Shown here: piece after piece, positions 12,879 to 24,325 of the stretch
Layout: every line of letters starts with the position of its first letter
How positions within the stretch are numbered: the first letter of the stretch is position 1
Origin: Nannocystis radixulma
GTDB taxonomy: Bacteria; Myxococcota_A; Polyangia; Nannocystales; Nannocystaceae
Direction: 5' to 3'
NCBI RefSeq assembly: GCF_028369095.1
Contig: NZ_JAQNDN010000024.1
Span: forward strand, 345,350 to 409,349
Length of the DNA stretch: 64,000 nucleotides
Notes under the pieces: model-generated
What the model was told of the DNA's origin: nothing
What the model saw: the letters and a program-made list of their open reading frames with translations, nothing else
The model's database searches: none
Position numbers and translations under genes: made by a program

Positions 12879-13144
12879 GCGGCCCGGGCGGCCCAACCTC
12901 GAGCTCGAGGCCCGCGAGCGCCAGGTCGCCGCGGCGCCGCGGCGCCGCGGCCGATGAACCGGCGATGGCGCCGCTGCGGATGCTGCGTGCGCTCATCATC
13001 TTCTCCAACTCGGGCGACGAGAACGCGCCCACGACGGCCTTCGTCGCTACCGTCAAGGCGTCGCACGCCTGATCTTCACGCGCCGAGTGGCGGGCTCGGC
13101 GAAGGCTGTTCGAGAGGACATGCTCGATCGGGCAGCCTCGGAGG

Positions 13145-14386
13145 TCAGCCCGGGGGGCCGAGCTTGTCGCCGAGCTCGCACAGGAAGTGCGCGCTGGTGG
13201 CGTTCTTGAGCGCCAAGTAGCCGGTGATGACGGGCGGCTGGGCGAGCTTGTTCCACTGGTAGTAGAGCGAGCAGTCGGCGCAGTTGTTGGTGCCGGGCTG
13301 ACCGGCGATGGGCGTGCCGCTGACCCAGTAGGGCAGCACGACGTCGGGTTGTAGAGGATCGGTCTTGATGGCCCACTCGGGGCAGGTCTCGCTGTTGAGG
13401 GCCTTGCCGACGCAGCTCGTGCCGGGAGTGATCGGATAGACGCCCATGATCGACAGGTAGCCCTCGACGTCGCTGTCGATCTCGGGATACGGCGGGAACA
13501 GGGTGTCTTTCTGGATCGGGGCGAACTGCTTGGCGTTGGCGGCCCCGATGGCGGCGGCGAGGTGCTCGGGGCTGCGCGGGGCGAACAGCCGCAGGCCCCA
13601 GTAGCCGCACTTCTGCTCGGCCTGCAGGGCCGAGAGGTAGATCGGACTGAACGGGTACTCGGGAGCGTTCTGGTCGTCGAGCACGGTGCCCGAGGCGTAC
13701 TTGATGAAGGTGTAGCCGCCGCCGTCGGCGTCCATGTCACACCAGACGGTCAAGAACTGGCTCATGCGGCGGATGAGGTAGAGGCCGGTGGTCGCCTCGT
13801 CGCCCCAGCTGGCCTTGATGTTGGTGCACGAGGTCGCCCACGTGCACTCCTTGAGGCAGGCGAAGTGCGGGTCGTTCTCGTCGCACAGCTCGCCCTCGTC
13901 GGCCTGCACCGAGAGGTCGCCGCAGCGCTCGGCGGGGCCGTCGCAGTTCATGTCGCAGTGGCCGTAATTTCCGTTGTCGGGGCCGTCGTCGCAGGCCTCG
14001 TCGCCGGCGTGGACGCGGCCGTCGCCGCACACGTTCCAGCGACAGGCGAGGGTGCACTCGCCCGCGTCGGAGTTGGCCTCGCCCTGGTCGCACAGCTCGG
14101 GCGGGTCGATCTTGCCGTTGCCGCACGGCTCGGGCGCGGGCTCGGCGGTGGTGCCGTCGCTGTCACTGCCGCCGTGCCCCGAGTCGACCGTGGTGGTCAT
14201 GATGCCGGGGACGGTGGTCGAGCCGCTGCTGCTGCTGCTGCTGTCTCCGGTCGAGGGCTCGACGACGGTCGGATCGTCCAGCCCGGCGTTGCGATCGAGG
14301 CAGCCTGCGAGCGCCACGGCCAGCATCCCGCCGCCCATACGCCCGGCGACCCCGACCCGGATGCGAGGAAGGATCCGTTCGTGCAT
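13145..14386 (-). CDS. lipoprotein with myxococcal Cys-rich DGxCD repeats and a fibrinogen-related C-terminal domain
   Basis: Lipobox LAGC; repeated CGDGRVHAGDEACDDG / CGNGKIDPPELCD motifs; WCDMDADGGGYTFIKY fibrinogen-C signature. Confidence 0.7.
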   Translation of the reverse strand: MHERILPRIRVGVAGRMGGGMLAVALAGCLDRNAGLDDPTVVEPSTGDSSSSSSGSTTVPGIMTTTVDSGHGGSDSDGTTAEPAPEPCGNGKIDPPELCDQGEANSDAGECTLACRWNVCGDGRVHAGDEACDDGPDNGNYGHCDMNCDGPAERCGDLSVQADEGELCDENDPHFACLKECTWATSCTNIKASWGDEATTGLYLIRRMSQFLTVWCDMDADGGGYTFIKYASGTVLDDQNAPEYPFSPIYLSALQAEQKCGYWGLRLFAPRSPEHLAAAIGAANAKQFAPIQKDTLFPPYPEIDSDVEGYLSIMGVYPITPGTSCVGKALNSETCPEWAIKTDPLQPDVVLPYWVSGTPIAGQPGTNNCADCSLYYQWNKLAQPPVITGYLALKNATSAHFLCELGDKLGPPG

Positions 14387-14527
14387 GCGACTCGTTCCCT
14401 GTGCGAGTCAGGGAACAATGGGAAGCGTGAAATTGCAATGATTGCACACGCAACCACCCTGGAGCCCGAGGCCGTTCAGAGGGGCGGCGTACTGCCAAAA
14501 TTGCGATCTAGCTTACAAGAGCTGCAG

Positions 14528-15757
14528 TCACTCGTCCGGCTTCGCCACCCGCTGCGGCTGGACGCGTGACCCGCGGAGCATGTCCTGGAACGGGTTGTCG
14601 TCGCGCCAGACGTCGCCGGCGAGCATGCTGATGAGGCCACGACGCAGCTGCGGGTCGGGTGTGCGGGCGAAGAACAGGTGGGAGACGAGACGCGTGTGGT
14701 AAAAGCGGCGGATCAGCTGTTCGAAGCTGTCGTAGGCGATCTGCATGGTGGCGTGGACGGGGGCCATGAGATCGGGGTCGGCCTCGCGTCCGGCGGCGAG
14801 GGCCGGGACGAGGAGGTCGACGGTCCGCTCGGCGCCCAACATCGCCAGCGAGACGCCCGACGAGAACACCGGGTCGAGGAAGGCGCAGGCGTCGCCGACG
14901 CAGGCCCAGCGCGGACCGGAGGGGCGGGTGTTCTTGTAGCTCCAGTTGCGGATCGTCCGCGAGGCGCTGCGCGTGGCCCCGGCGGTGAGCCGCCGACACA
15001 GCGGTGAGGCGGCGAGGGCGGCCTCGAAGGCGTCGTCGTCGAGCTTGCCGCGCCACTTGACGAGGCCGACGCTGAGCCGACCGCCGTGCATCGGGATCAG
15101 CCAGTGCCAGCCGTCCTCGACGATCAGGACCTTGATGTTGCCCTGCTCGCCGAGCTCGGCCTGCACGTCGGGCGCGAGGCCGTCGAAGTGACAGAACACG
15201 GCGGCGCGCCCGAGCTCGTGCAGCGGGGCGATCGTGCGGGCACCGCGACCGAGCATGGCGTCCTGACCGGTGCAGTCGAGGAGGAAGCGGGCCCGGTGCT
15301 CGCCGCGGTCGGTGACGACGCGGACGTGATCGTCGGCGAACTCGATGTCAGTGACGCGCTCGCCGAAGCGGATGTCGGCGCCGCGGGAGACCGCGAGGTC
15401 GGCGAGCATGGTGTCGAAGGCGGCGCGGTCGACCTGCCAGGCGTGCGGCGGGGTGCCGTCGAGGCCGTCGGCGAAGCTGAAGAAAGCGAACTCGCCGGTG
15501 CGCTCGTCGATGAACTCGGCGCCCTGCTTGTACTGCCAGCGCGAGCGATCCATGGCGACGCCGAGGCGGGCGAAGATCGGCAGGTCGATCGGCAGCAGCG
15601 ACTCGCCGATGTGAAATCGCGGGAAGACGTCCTTGTCGAGCGCGAGCGCGCGGACGCCGGCCTGGGCGAGCAAGTTGGCGGCGGTCGAACCGGCAGGGCC
15701 GGCGCCGACGATCACGACGTCGTGCATGACCGCGTCATACCATGCCGCCGTTGACAC
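14528..15757 (-). CDS. flavin-dependent halogenase
   Basis: VVIVGAGPAGS GxGxxG motif plus the diagnostic WxWxIP motif (DGWHWLIP). An alternative ATG start at 15727 overlaps the fabG stop. Confidence 0.75.
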   Translation of the reverse strand: MSTAAWYDAVMHDVVIVGAGPAGSTAANLLAQAGVRALALDKDVFPRFHIGESLLPIDLPIFARLGVAMDRSRWQYKQGAEFIDERTGEFAFFSFADGLDGTPPHAWQVDRAAFDTMLADLAVSRGADIRFGERVTDIEFADDHVRVVTDRGEHRARFLLDCTGQDAMLGRGARTIAPLHELGRAAVFCHFDGLAPDVQAELGEQGNIKVLIVEDGWHWLIPMHGGRLSVGLVKWRGKLDDDAFEAALAASPLCRRLTAGATRSASRTIRNWSYKNTRPSGPRWACVGDACAFLDPVFSSGVSLAMLGAERTVDLLVPALAAGREADPDLMAPVHATMQIAYDSFEQLIRRFYHTRLVSHLFFARTPDPQLRRGLISMLAGDVWRDDNPFQDMLRGSRVQPQRVAKPDE

Positions 15758-16457
15758 CGATCACCTGACCGGTGACGTACGCGGCTTCGTCCGTGGCGAG
15801 GAAGGCGACCAGCGCGGCGACCTCCCGGGCGGTGCCGAGCCGCTGGGCGGGGATCCGCGGCATGACGTGCTCGAGCGGGACGTCCTTGATCATGTCGGTG
15901 TCGATGAGGCCGGGGGCGACGGCGTTGACGGTGACGCCCTTGCGGGCGAGCTCGAGCGCAAGCGATTTCGTCGCGCCGATGACGCCGGCCTTGGCCGCGG
16001 CGTAGGCGACCTGCCCCCGGTTGCCGATCTGCGCCGAGACCGAACTCATGGTGATGATCCGGCCCCACTTGCGCCGCACCATCGGCATGATCACCGGCCG
16101 GGTGACGTTGTAGAAGCCGCCGAGGCTGGTCCGAAGGACAGCTTCCCAGTCGGCCCGCTCGAGCGCGGGGAACGGGGCGTCGCGGGCGATGCCGGCGTTG
16201 TTGACGACGACGCCGAGAGGCCGCGGATCGGCCAGGATCGCGGCAATGGCGGCGTCGGCGGCCGCGTCGTCGCCGACGTCGAAGCGGCTGAGGACGACCT
16301 CGCCTCCCGCCTGGCGGATCCTGGCGGCGACGGCCTCGGCGGCGGCGTCGTCGCTGCGGTAGTTGAGGACGATCGGGTGGCCGGCGGCCGCGAGGGCCTC
16401 GGCGATCGCGGCGCCGATCCCTCGACTGGCGCCGGTGACGAGGGCGCGCGGCTTCAT
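15735..16457 (-). CDS. fabG: 3-oxoacyl-ACP reductase (SDR)
   Basis: MKPRALVTGASRGIG...NNAG...YAAAKAG; 240 aa; ATG at 16457. Confidence 0.85.
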   Translation of the reverse strand: MKPRALVTGASRGIGAAIAEALAAAGHPIVLNYRSDDAAAEAVAARIRQAGGEVVLSRFDVGDDAAADAAIAAILADPRPLGVVVNNAGIARDAPFPALERADWEAVLRTSLGGFYNVTRPVIMPMVRRKWGRIITMSSVSAQIGNRGQVAYAAAKAGVIGATKSLALELARKGVTVNAVAPGLIDTDMIKDVPLEHVMPRIPAQRLGTAREVAALVAFLATDEAAYVTGQVIGVNGGMV

Positions 16458-16888
16458 GCGGGGCTCCCGGGGGCGGTGGTGACGACGTGGAGGACGGCCT
16501 CGGCGAGCGGCTCGCCGCGGCGGGTGACGACGGCCTGGTACTCGGCCATGGCGCCGGCGAACACGCGGGTGGCGACGATCTGCAGCGCGTCGCCGACGGC
16601 GAGGTGCTCGGCGTGCAGCTCGAGGCTGCGGCAGGCGGCGATCATGCCGAGCGCGGGCGGCTGACCGTCGGCGCGCGCGCGCAGGCCGGCGAACGCGGCG
16701 ATCGCCTGGGCCATGTACTCGAGCACGACGGAGGCGTGGACGCGGCCGGCGACAGCGAACAGGTTGTCGGGGCGGACGACGGCGGCGCAGGTGATCGCGT
16801 CGTCGCCGGCGGCGAGGACCTCGTCGACGAGCAGCATCGGCGGGCGCTGCGGGACCAACTCGGCCACCGGCGCGAACGCGGCGGTCAT
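16454..16888 (-). CDS. hotdog-fold 3-hydroxyacyl-ACP dehydratase (APE-cluster type)
   Basis: 144 aa from MTAAFAPVAELVPQRPPMLLVDEV...; the upstream Arg-rich extension of the ORF is ignored. Confidence 0.65.
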   Translation of the reverse strand: MTAAFAPVAELVPQRPPMLLVDEVLAAGDDAITCAAVVRPDNLFAVAGRVHASVVLEYMAQAIAAFAGLRARADGQPPALGMIAACRSLELHAEHLAVGDALQIVATRVFAGAMAEYQAVVTRRGEPLAEAVLHVVTTAPGSPA

Positions 16889-17676
16889 GCCCCGGCTCCC
16901 AGCGCGCACTGCCAGCCGGCGGCGAGGTGCGGCTCGAGGGCGACGCGGGCCGGAGCGCCGGCGGCGAGGGCGTCGACCAGCGCGAGCGCGGCGGCGCACG
17001 GGTTGTCGGCCAGCCATGCCGGCGCGGGGCGTGCTGGCGCGAGGGACATGTCGTTAGGGCCCTGTTCCAGGCGACATGTCGTGGCGGGCATGTCCGAGGG
17101 TGCAGGTGCGGACAGGGCGAAGGCGGCCGCGAACGGGCCCCAGCGGCGGCCGGCGGCCAGCGGCTCGGGCAGGGGCTCCTCGGCGATGACGAGCACGACG
17201 TCGCCCTCGCCGGCGGCGACGAGCGCGGCGCACTCGAGCAGGCCCATGGCGAGGGTGGAGCGGCCGGCCGAGAGGGCGGCGTTGCCGGCCCGGCTGCCGG
17301 TGGCGATCGAGACGTAGCCTGCGGCGGTGTTGTGGACGCTGTTGTGGAATTTGGTCGGCGACAGCGGCTCGCCGGCGACGAGCAGGGCGGCCAGGAGGTC
17401 GAGGGTGGTGCGGATCTCGCCGTAGACGGAGCCGTAGACGAGGGTGGCGCCGGTCGCATCGAGGCCGCCGGCGCGCAGGGCCTGGGCCGCGACCTCGGCG
17501 GCCATGCGGGTGAGCAGGCTGGTGCGCCGGCGCATCATCGGCGGCAAGAGCTCGGCCTTCGGCGTGGCACTCTGGTCTTCGGGACAGGCGTCGGGGCGGG
17601 CCTTCCAGGCGGCGAGGTCGGGGTAACCGGGGGCCCAGAAGCCGAGGCCACGGACGGTGAAGGCGAGCGCGCTCAT
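16885..17676 (-). CDS. beta-ketoacyl-synthase N-terminal-like (CLF-like) protein carrying an in-frame repeat insertion
   Basis: 263 aa; KS-N-like TLVYGSVYGE...FHNSVHNTAAGYVSIA. Residues ~190-215 (APSDMPATTCRLEQGPNDMSLAP) are encoded by a five-unit 14-bp repeat array at about 17042-17118. Confidence 0.6.
   Translation of the reverse strand: MSALAFTVRGLGFWAPGYPDLAAWKARPDACPEDQSATPKAELLPPMMRRRTSLLTRMAAEVAAQALRAGGLDATGATLVYGSVYGEIRTTLDLLAALLVAGEPLSPTKFHNSVHNTAAGYVSIATGSRAGNAALSAGRSTLAMGLLECAALVAAGEGDVVLVIAEEPLPEPLAAGRRWGPFAAAFALSAPAPSDMPATTCRLEQGPNDMSLAPARPAPAWLADNPCAAALALVDALAAGAPARVALEPHLAAGWQCALGAGA
17042..17118. repeat. 14-bp phased GACATGTC array (5 units) inside the KS-N-like coding sequence
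   Basis: ATGTC/CTGTT/ATGTC/ATGTC/AGGTG at about 17048, 17062, 17076, 17090 and 17104; exact 14-bp spacing. Confidence 0.8.
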
Positions 17677-18854
17677 GCCGGGCCTCCGACGAGGACGCTG
17701 CAGTTGCTGCCGCCGAACGCGAACGAGTTGCTGAGGGCGGCGCGGGTCCGCTGCTCGCGGCGGGCGGTGACGACGTCGACGCCGAGCGCCTCGTCGAGCG
17801 GGTCGGCGCCGACGCTGGCCGGGAGGTAACCGTGGGCGATGGCGTCGACGACGAAGGCGACCTCGGTGGCGCCGGCAGCCCCGAGCATGTGCCCGGTGTA
17901 GCCCTTGGTGGCGACCACGGCGGGCGCGGGCGCGCCGGCGAAGACGGACCGGATCGCCTGGCTCTCCATGCTGTCGTTCTGCTTGGTGCCGGTGCCGTGG
18001 GCGTTGACGTGATCGACGTCGGCGGCGAAAAGGCCGGCGAGCTTCAGCGCGCGCTCCATCGCCAGGCGAGCGCCGAGGCCCTCGGGGTGCGGGCTGGTCA
18101 TGTGGTAGGCGTCGCTGCTCTCGCCGACGCCGAGCAGGCGGGCCGGACCCTCACCTGTCCGTTCGACCAGGAGGAGGGCGGCGCCCTCGCCGATGTTGAT
18201 GCCGGCGCGCTCGCGCGAGAATGGACGACATGGCTTTGAGGACAGGACCTCAAGGCCAGCAAAGCCGCGCACGGTGAGGCGGCACAGGCTGTCGACGCCG
18301 CCGACGAGGACGGCGTCGCACAGGCCGGCGGCGAGCAGGCGCTGGGCCGAGGCGAACACCTTGGCGCTCGAGGAGCAGGCGGTCGAGACGACGTAGGCCG
18401 GGCCGGCGAGGCCGCCGCCGAGGACGCGCGCGAGGTGGAGGACGGCGTCGAGGGCGTGCGAGAGCTCGACGTCGTAGTGGGCCGGCAAAGCGCCGCCGTG
18501 GGCCTGGGCGTGGGCATAGGCGCCCTCGCTGGCCTCGATGCCGCCGGTGCTGGTGCCGAGGACCACGCCGACGCGATCGGCGCCCCAGCGGGCGCAGGCG
18601 CGGGCGAGCGGGGCCTGCAGCTCGGCGAGGGCGACGGCGGCGATCCGCGTCTGCCTCGTGTCGCGCACGGGCTCGAGGAAGCCGGGCAGCGGCGGCAGCG
18701 GGGTCGGGATGGCGCCGACGACGGCGTCGAGCTCGAACTCGGAAGGGCACGGGCCGAGGCCGGAGCGACCGGCGCGCAGAGCCGCGAGCACGGCGGCGGT
18801 GCTGTCGCCCATGCCGTTGCACAGGGCCATGGCGGTGATCGGGTACGGCTGCAT
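17673..18854 (-). CDS. beta-ketoacyl-ACP synthase (KAS I/II-like)
   Basis: VVSTACSSS active-site Cys, HMTSP, NAHGTGT, GHMLGAAG motifs; 393 aa; ATG at 18854. Confidence 0.85.
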   Translation of the reverse strand: MQPYPITAMALCNGMGDSTAAVLAALRAGRSGLGPCPSEFELDAVVGAIPTPLPPLPGFLEPVRDTRQTRIAAVALAELQAPLARACARWGADRVGVVLGTSTGGIEASEGAYAHAQAHGGALPAHYDVELSHALDAVLHLARVLGGGLAGPAYVVSTACSSSAKVFASAQRLLAAGLCDAVLVGGVDSLCRLTVRGFAGLEVLSSKPCRPFSRERAGINIGEGAALLLVERTGEGPARLLGVGESSDAYHMTSPHPEGLGARLAMERALKLAGLFAADVDHVNAHGTGTKQNDSMESQAIRSVFAGAPAPAVVATKGYTGHMLGAAGATEVAFVVDAIAHGYLPASVGADPLDEALGVDVVTARREQRTRAALSNSFAFGGSNCSVLVGGPA

Positions 18855-18865
18855 CGGCGTGGCGG

Positions 18866-20125
18866 TCACAGGCCGGGGGCCGGGAAGGCGCGCAGGAACT
18901 CGCGCACGCGGGCGCGGTGGGCCTCGCACTGGGCGTCGTCGGCGCTGGCGACGGCGAGGCCGATGCCGTCGGCGATGAGGTCGGCGACGTGCGGGATGTG
19001 ATGGGTCTGGATGCCGCGCGAGGTGATCGCGGCCAGGCCGATCCGCAGGCCCGAGGGGTCGAACGGCTTGCGCGGGTCGAACGGGATCGCGTTGGCGTTG
19101 AGCTCGATGCCGCAGCGGTTGAGCACCCGGGCGACGTGCCGACCGCCATGACCGGTGGGCGTGAGATCGACGAGCAGGAGATGGTTGTCGGTGCCGCCGG
19201 AGACGAGGGTGTGTCCGCGCGCGATCAGGGCCTCGGCGAGGGCGCGGGCGTTGGCGACGATCTGCTGCGCGTAGTCGCGGAAGCTCGGCTGCAGCGCCTC
19301 GCGGAAGGCGACCGCCTTGGCGGCGGTGGTGTGGCAGTGCGGGCCGCCCTGCAGGCCGGGGAACACGGCCTTGTCGATCGCGGCGGCGTGCTCCGCCTTG
19401 CAGAGGATGAGGCCGCCGCGCGGGCCGCGGAGGGTCTTGTGCGTGGTGGTGGTGACGACGTCGGCGTGCGGCACCGGGCTCGGGTGCGCGCCGCCGGCGA
19501 CGAGGCCGGCGATGTGCGCGATGTCGGCCGCGAGGTAAGCCCCGACCTCGCGCGCGATCGCGGCGAAGCCGGCGAAGTCGAGCTGGCGCGGGTAGGCCGA
19601 GTGACCGACCCAGATGAGCTTGGGGCGATGGGTCAGCGCGAGGGTGCGGACCTCGTCCAGGTCGATGCGGTGATCGTCGCGGCGGACGCCGTACTGGACG
19701 GCCTTGTAGTAGATGCCGGTGGCGCTGACCTTCCAACCGTGGGTGAGGTGACCGCCCGCGGGGAGGCTGAGCCCCATGATCGTGTCGCCGGTCTGGCACA
19801 GGGCGAGCAGCGCGGCCAGGTTGGCCGGCGAACCGCTGTAGGGCTGCACGTTGGCGTGGTCGGCCCCGAACAGCTCGCGCGCGCGGGCGACGGCGAGCGA
19901 CTCGATCGGGTCGACGAAGTCCATGCCCTCGTAGTAGCGCTTGCCCGGATAACCCTCGGCGTACTTGTTGGTGAGGCTGCTGCCGGTGGCCGCGAGCACG
20001 GCCTTGGACACGTAGTTCTCGCTGGCGATCAGGCGCAGGCTGTCGCGCTGGCGCGCGTCCTCCTGCTCGATCAGCGCGAAGATCTCGGGGTCGGCGGCGG
20101 AGAGCTCGGGATCGCGGGCGTGCAT
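18866..20125 (-). CDS. glyA: serine hydroxymethyltransferase
   Basis: LIASENYVS...[17 protein letters not shown]-lysine motif. Confidence 0.9.
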   Translation of the reverse strand: MHARDPELSAADPEIFALIEQEDARQRDSLRLIASENYVSKAVLAATGSSLTNKYAEGYPGKRYYEGMDFVDPIESLAVARARELFGADHANVQPYSGSPANLAALLALCQTGDTIMGLSLPAGGHLTHGWKVSATGIYYKAVQYGVRRDDHRIDLDEVRTLALTHRPKLIWVGHSAYPRQLDFAGFAAIAREVGAYLAADIAHIAGLVAGGAHPSPVPHADVVTTTTHKTLRGPRGGLILCKAEHAAAIDKAVFPGLQGGPHCHTTAAKAVAFREALQPSFRDYAQQIVANARALAEALIARGHTLVSGGTDNHLLLVDLTPTGHGGRHVARVLNRCGIELNANAIPFDPRKPFDPSGLRIGLAAITSRGIQTHHIPHVADLIADGIGLAVASADDAQCEAHRARVREFLRAFPAPGL

Positions 20126-20341
20126 CGCCCGAGGTTTTCAGGCCCGGAGGGCCGCGGAGTCAAGCCTCCCGCGGCGCGGCGCCGACGGGCCGCGAAGGCG
20201 ACCGCACACCCCCGCGACGCACGGCGTGCGCCGCGAATCTCGTGCGCGTGGGCCCGGACGGCGGCGCAGCCGCTCGCCTGCAAACGGGGCTCCGCACCCA
20301 GCCCGGCCCACAACGGCGCCGGGCCTTGATACCATGCCGGT

Positions 20342-23314
<2,973 letters not shown>

Positions 23315-23321
23315 CGTGATC

Positions 23322-23372
23322 TTCAGGGCATGTCGAAACGGGCATGTCTTGAAGAGCATGTGACAGGCGGCG
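23322..23372. repeat. 14-bp phased array, 3 units
   Basis: GGGCATGTCGAAAC GGGCATGTCTTGAA GAGCATGTGACAGG. Confidence 0.75.
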
Positions 23373-23537
23373 CAATTGCGCGCGAGGCCCGGCGAGCGAT
23401 CGTGCGCCGCACCGGAGGCGCGTCGGCGCGCGTCGCCACGTAACGTGTTTGTATGTACGAGGGACTGATCCAGGAGGGGGTTGGGTTACGCTCATCGGCC
23501 GGGGGATCCGGGCAGCGATAGGTCCGGGATTGACAGC

Positions 23538-24173
23538 ATGCCGACACCGAAGATGAAGCGAGATGTGCTCACCAAGACGGGCATCACCGCGGGGCCCGTG
23601 AGCGACCTCGACCTCGAGATGAACGCGACGTTCACCACCAACCTGACGGGGACGGCGATCACGTTCGAGGACGAGAGCGCGAGCACGCCGGAGGAGAAGA
23701 CCAAATACAAGATGGCGTTCCGCAACTCGTTCGGCGCGACCATCGGCGTCCTGACCGTCAAGCTGGTCGGCAACCCGGAGCCCGACGTGCCGGCGACGGT
23801 GCAGAAGGTCGCCCGCGACGTGTTCGACCCGGCGGAGACCACCGGCAACGTGACGCTGCTCGACCCGGCCGACGACACCTACGAGCGGGTCTGGAAGCAG
23901 GCCGTCAACCAGGGCCGCACCCAGATCGTCGACAACATCGGCAAGATCGACATCCGCGTCAAGGCGGAGGCCGGCTACACGGTCGCCCAGTCGGTCGCCA
24001 CCGCCACCGACAACTCGCTCGTCGTCAATTACAGCTGGAACGACGCCAACGGGACCGCGATCGTGTCGGGTAGCGTCCGCTTCGACTCGGTCGTGCGCGC
24101 CTACACCGGCTACACCCTCGGCAACATCCGGATCATCGACACCGACTCGGGCGATCGCCGGCGGCGCCGCTAG
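23538..24173 (+). CDS. hypothetical protein (211 aa, beta-rich, lower GC, no signal peptide)
   Basis: ATG at 23538 inside ORF 23481..24173; Lys/Asn/Thr-rich composition atypical for this genome; no recognisable motif. Confidence 0.5.
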   Translation: MPTPKMKRDVLTKTGITAGPVSDLDLEMNATFTTNLTGTAITFEDESASTPEEKTKYKMAFRNSFGATIGVLTVKLVGNPEPDVPATVQKVARDVFDPAETTGNVTLLDPADDTYERVWKQAVNQGRTQIVDNIGKIDIRVKAEAGYTVAQSVATATDNSLVVNYSWNDANGTAIVSGSVRFDSVVRAYTGYTLGNIRIIDTDSGDRRRRR

Positions 24174-24325
24174 CGTCTGCGCCGCGGACCTCGGCAGCTG
24201 CGCGAGCGGAGGGGCCAAGGCGCGCGGCCGCGGCCGCGGCGTATCCGCGATCCGGCGCGTGTCCTACCTCGGCGCTCGAACTGCGCCGTCGATCGGGTCG
24301 GCCGACGCGGTGTATCCTGCGGCCC

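Noticed and set aside
12604-13740. 378-aa minus-strand ORF overlapping maf
   Set aside because: Pro/Ser/Arg/Thr low-complexity, antisense to maf and overlapping the lipoprotein C-terminus; no motifs.
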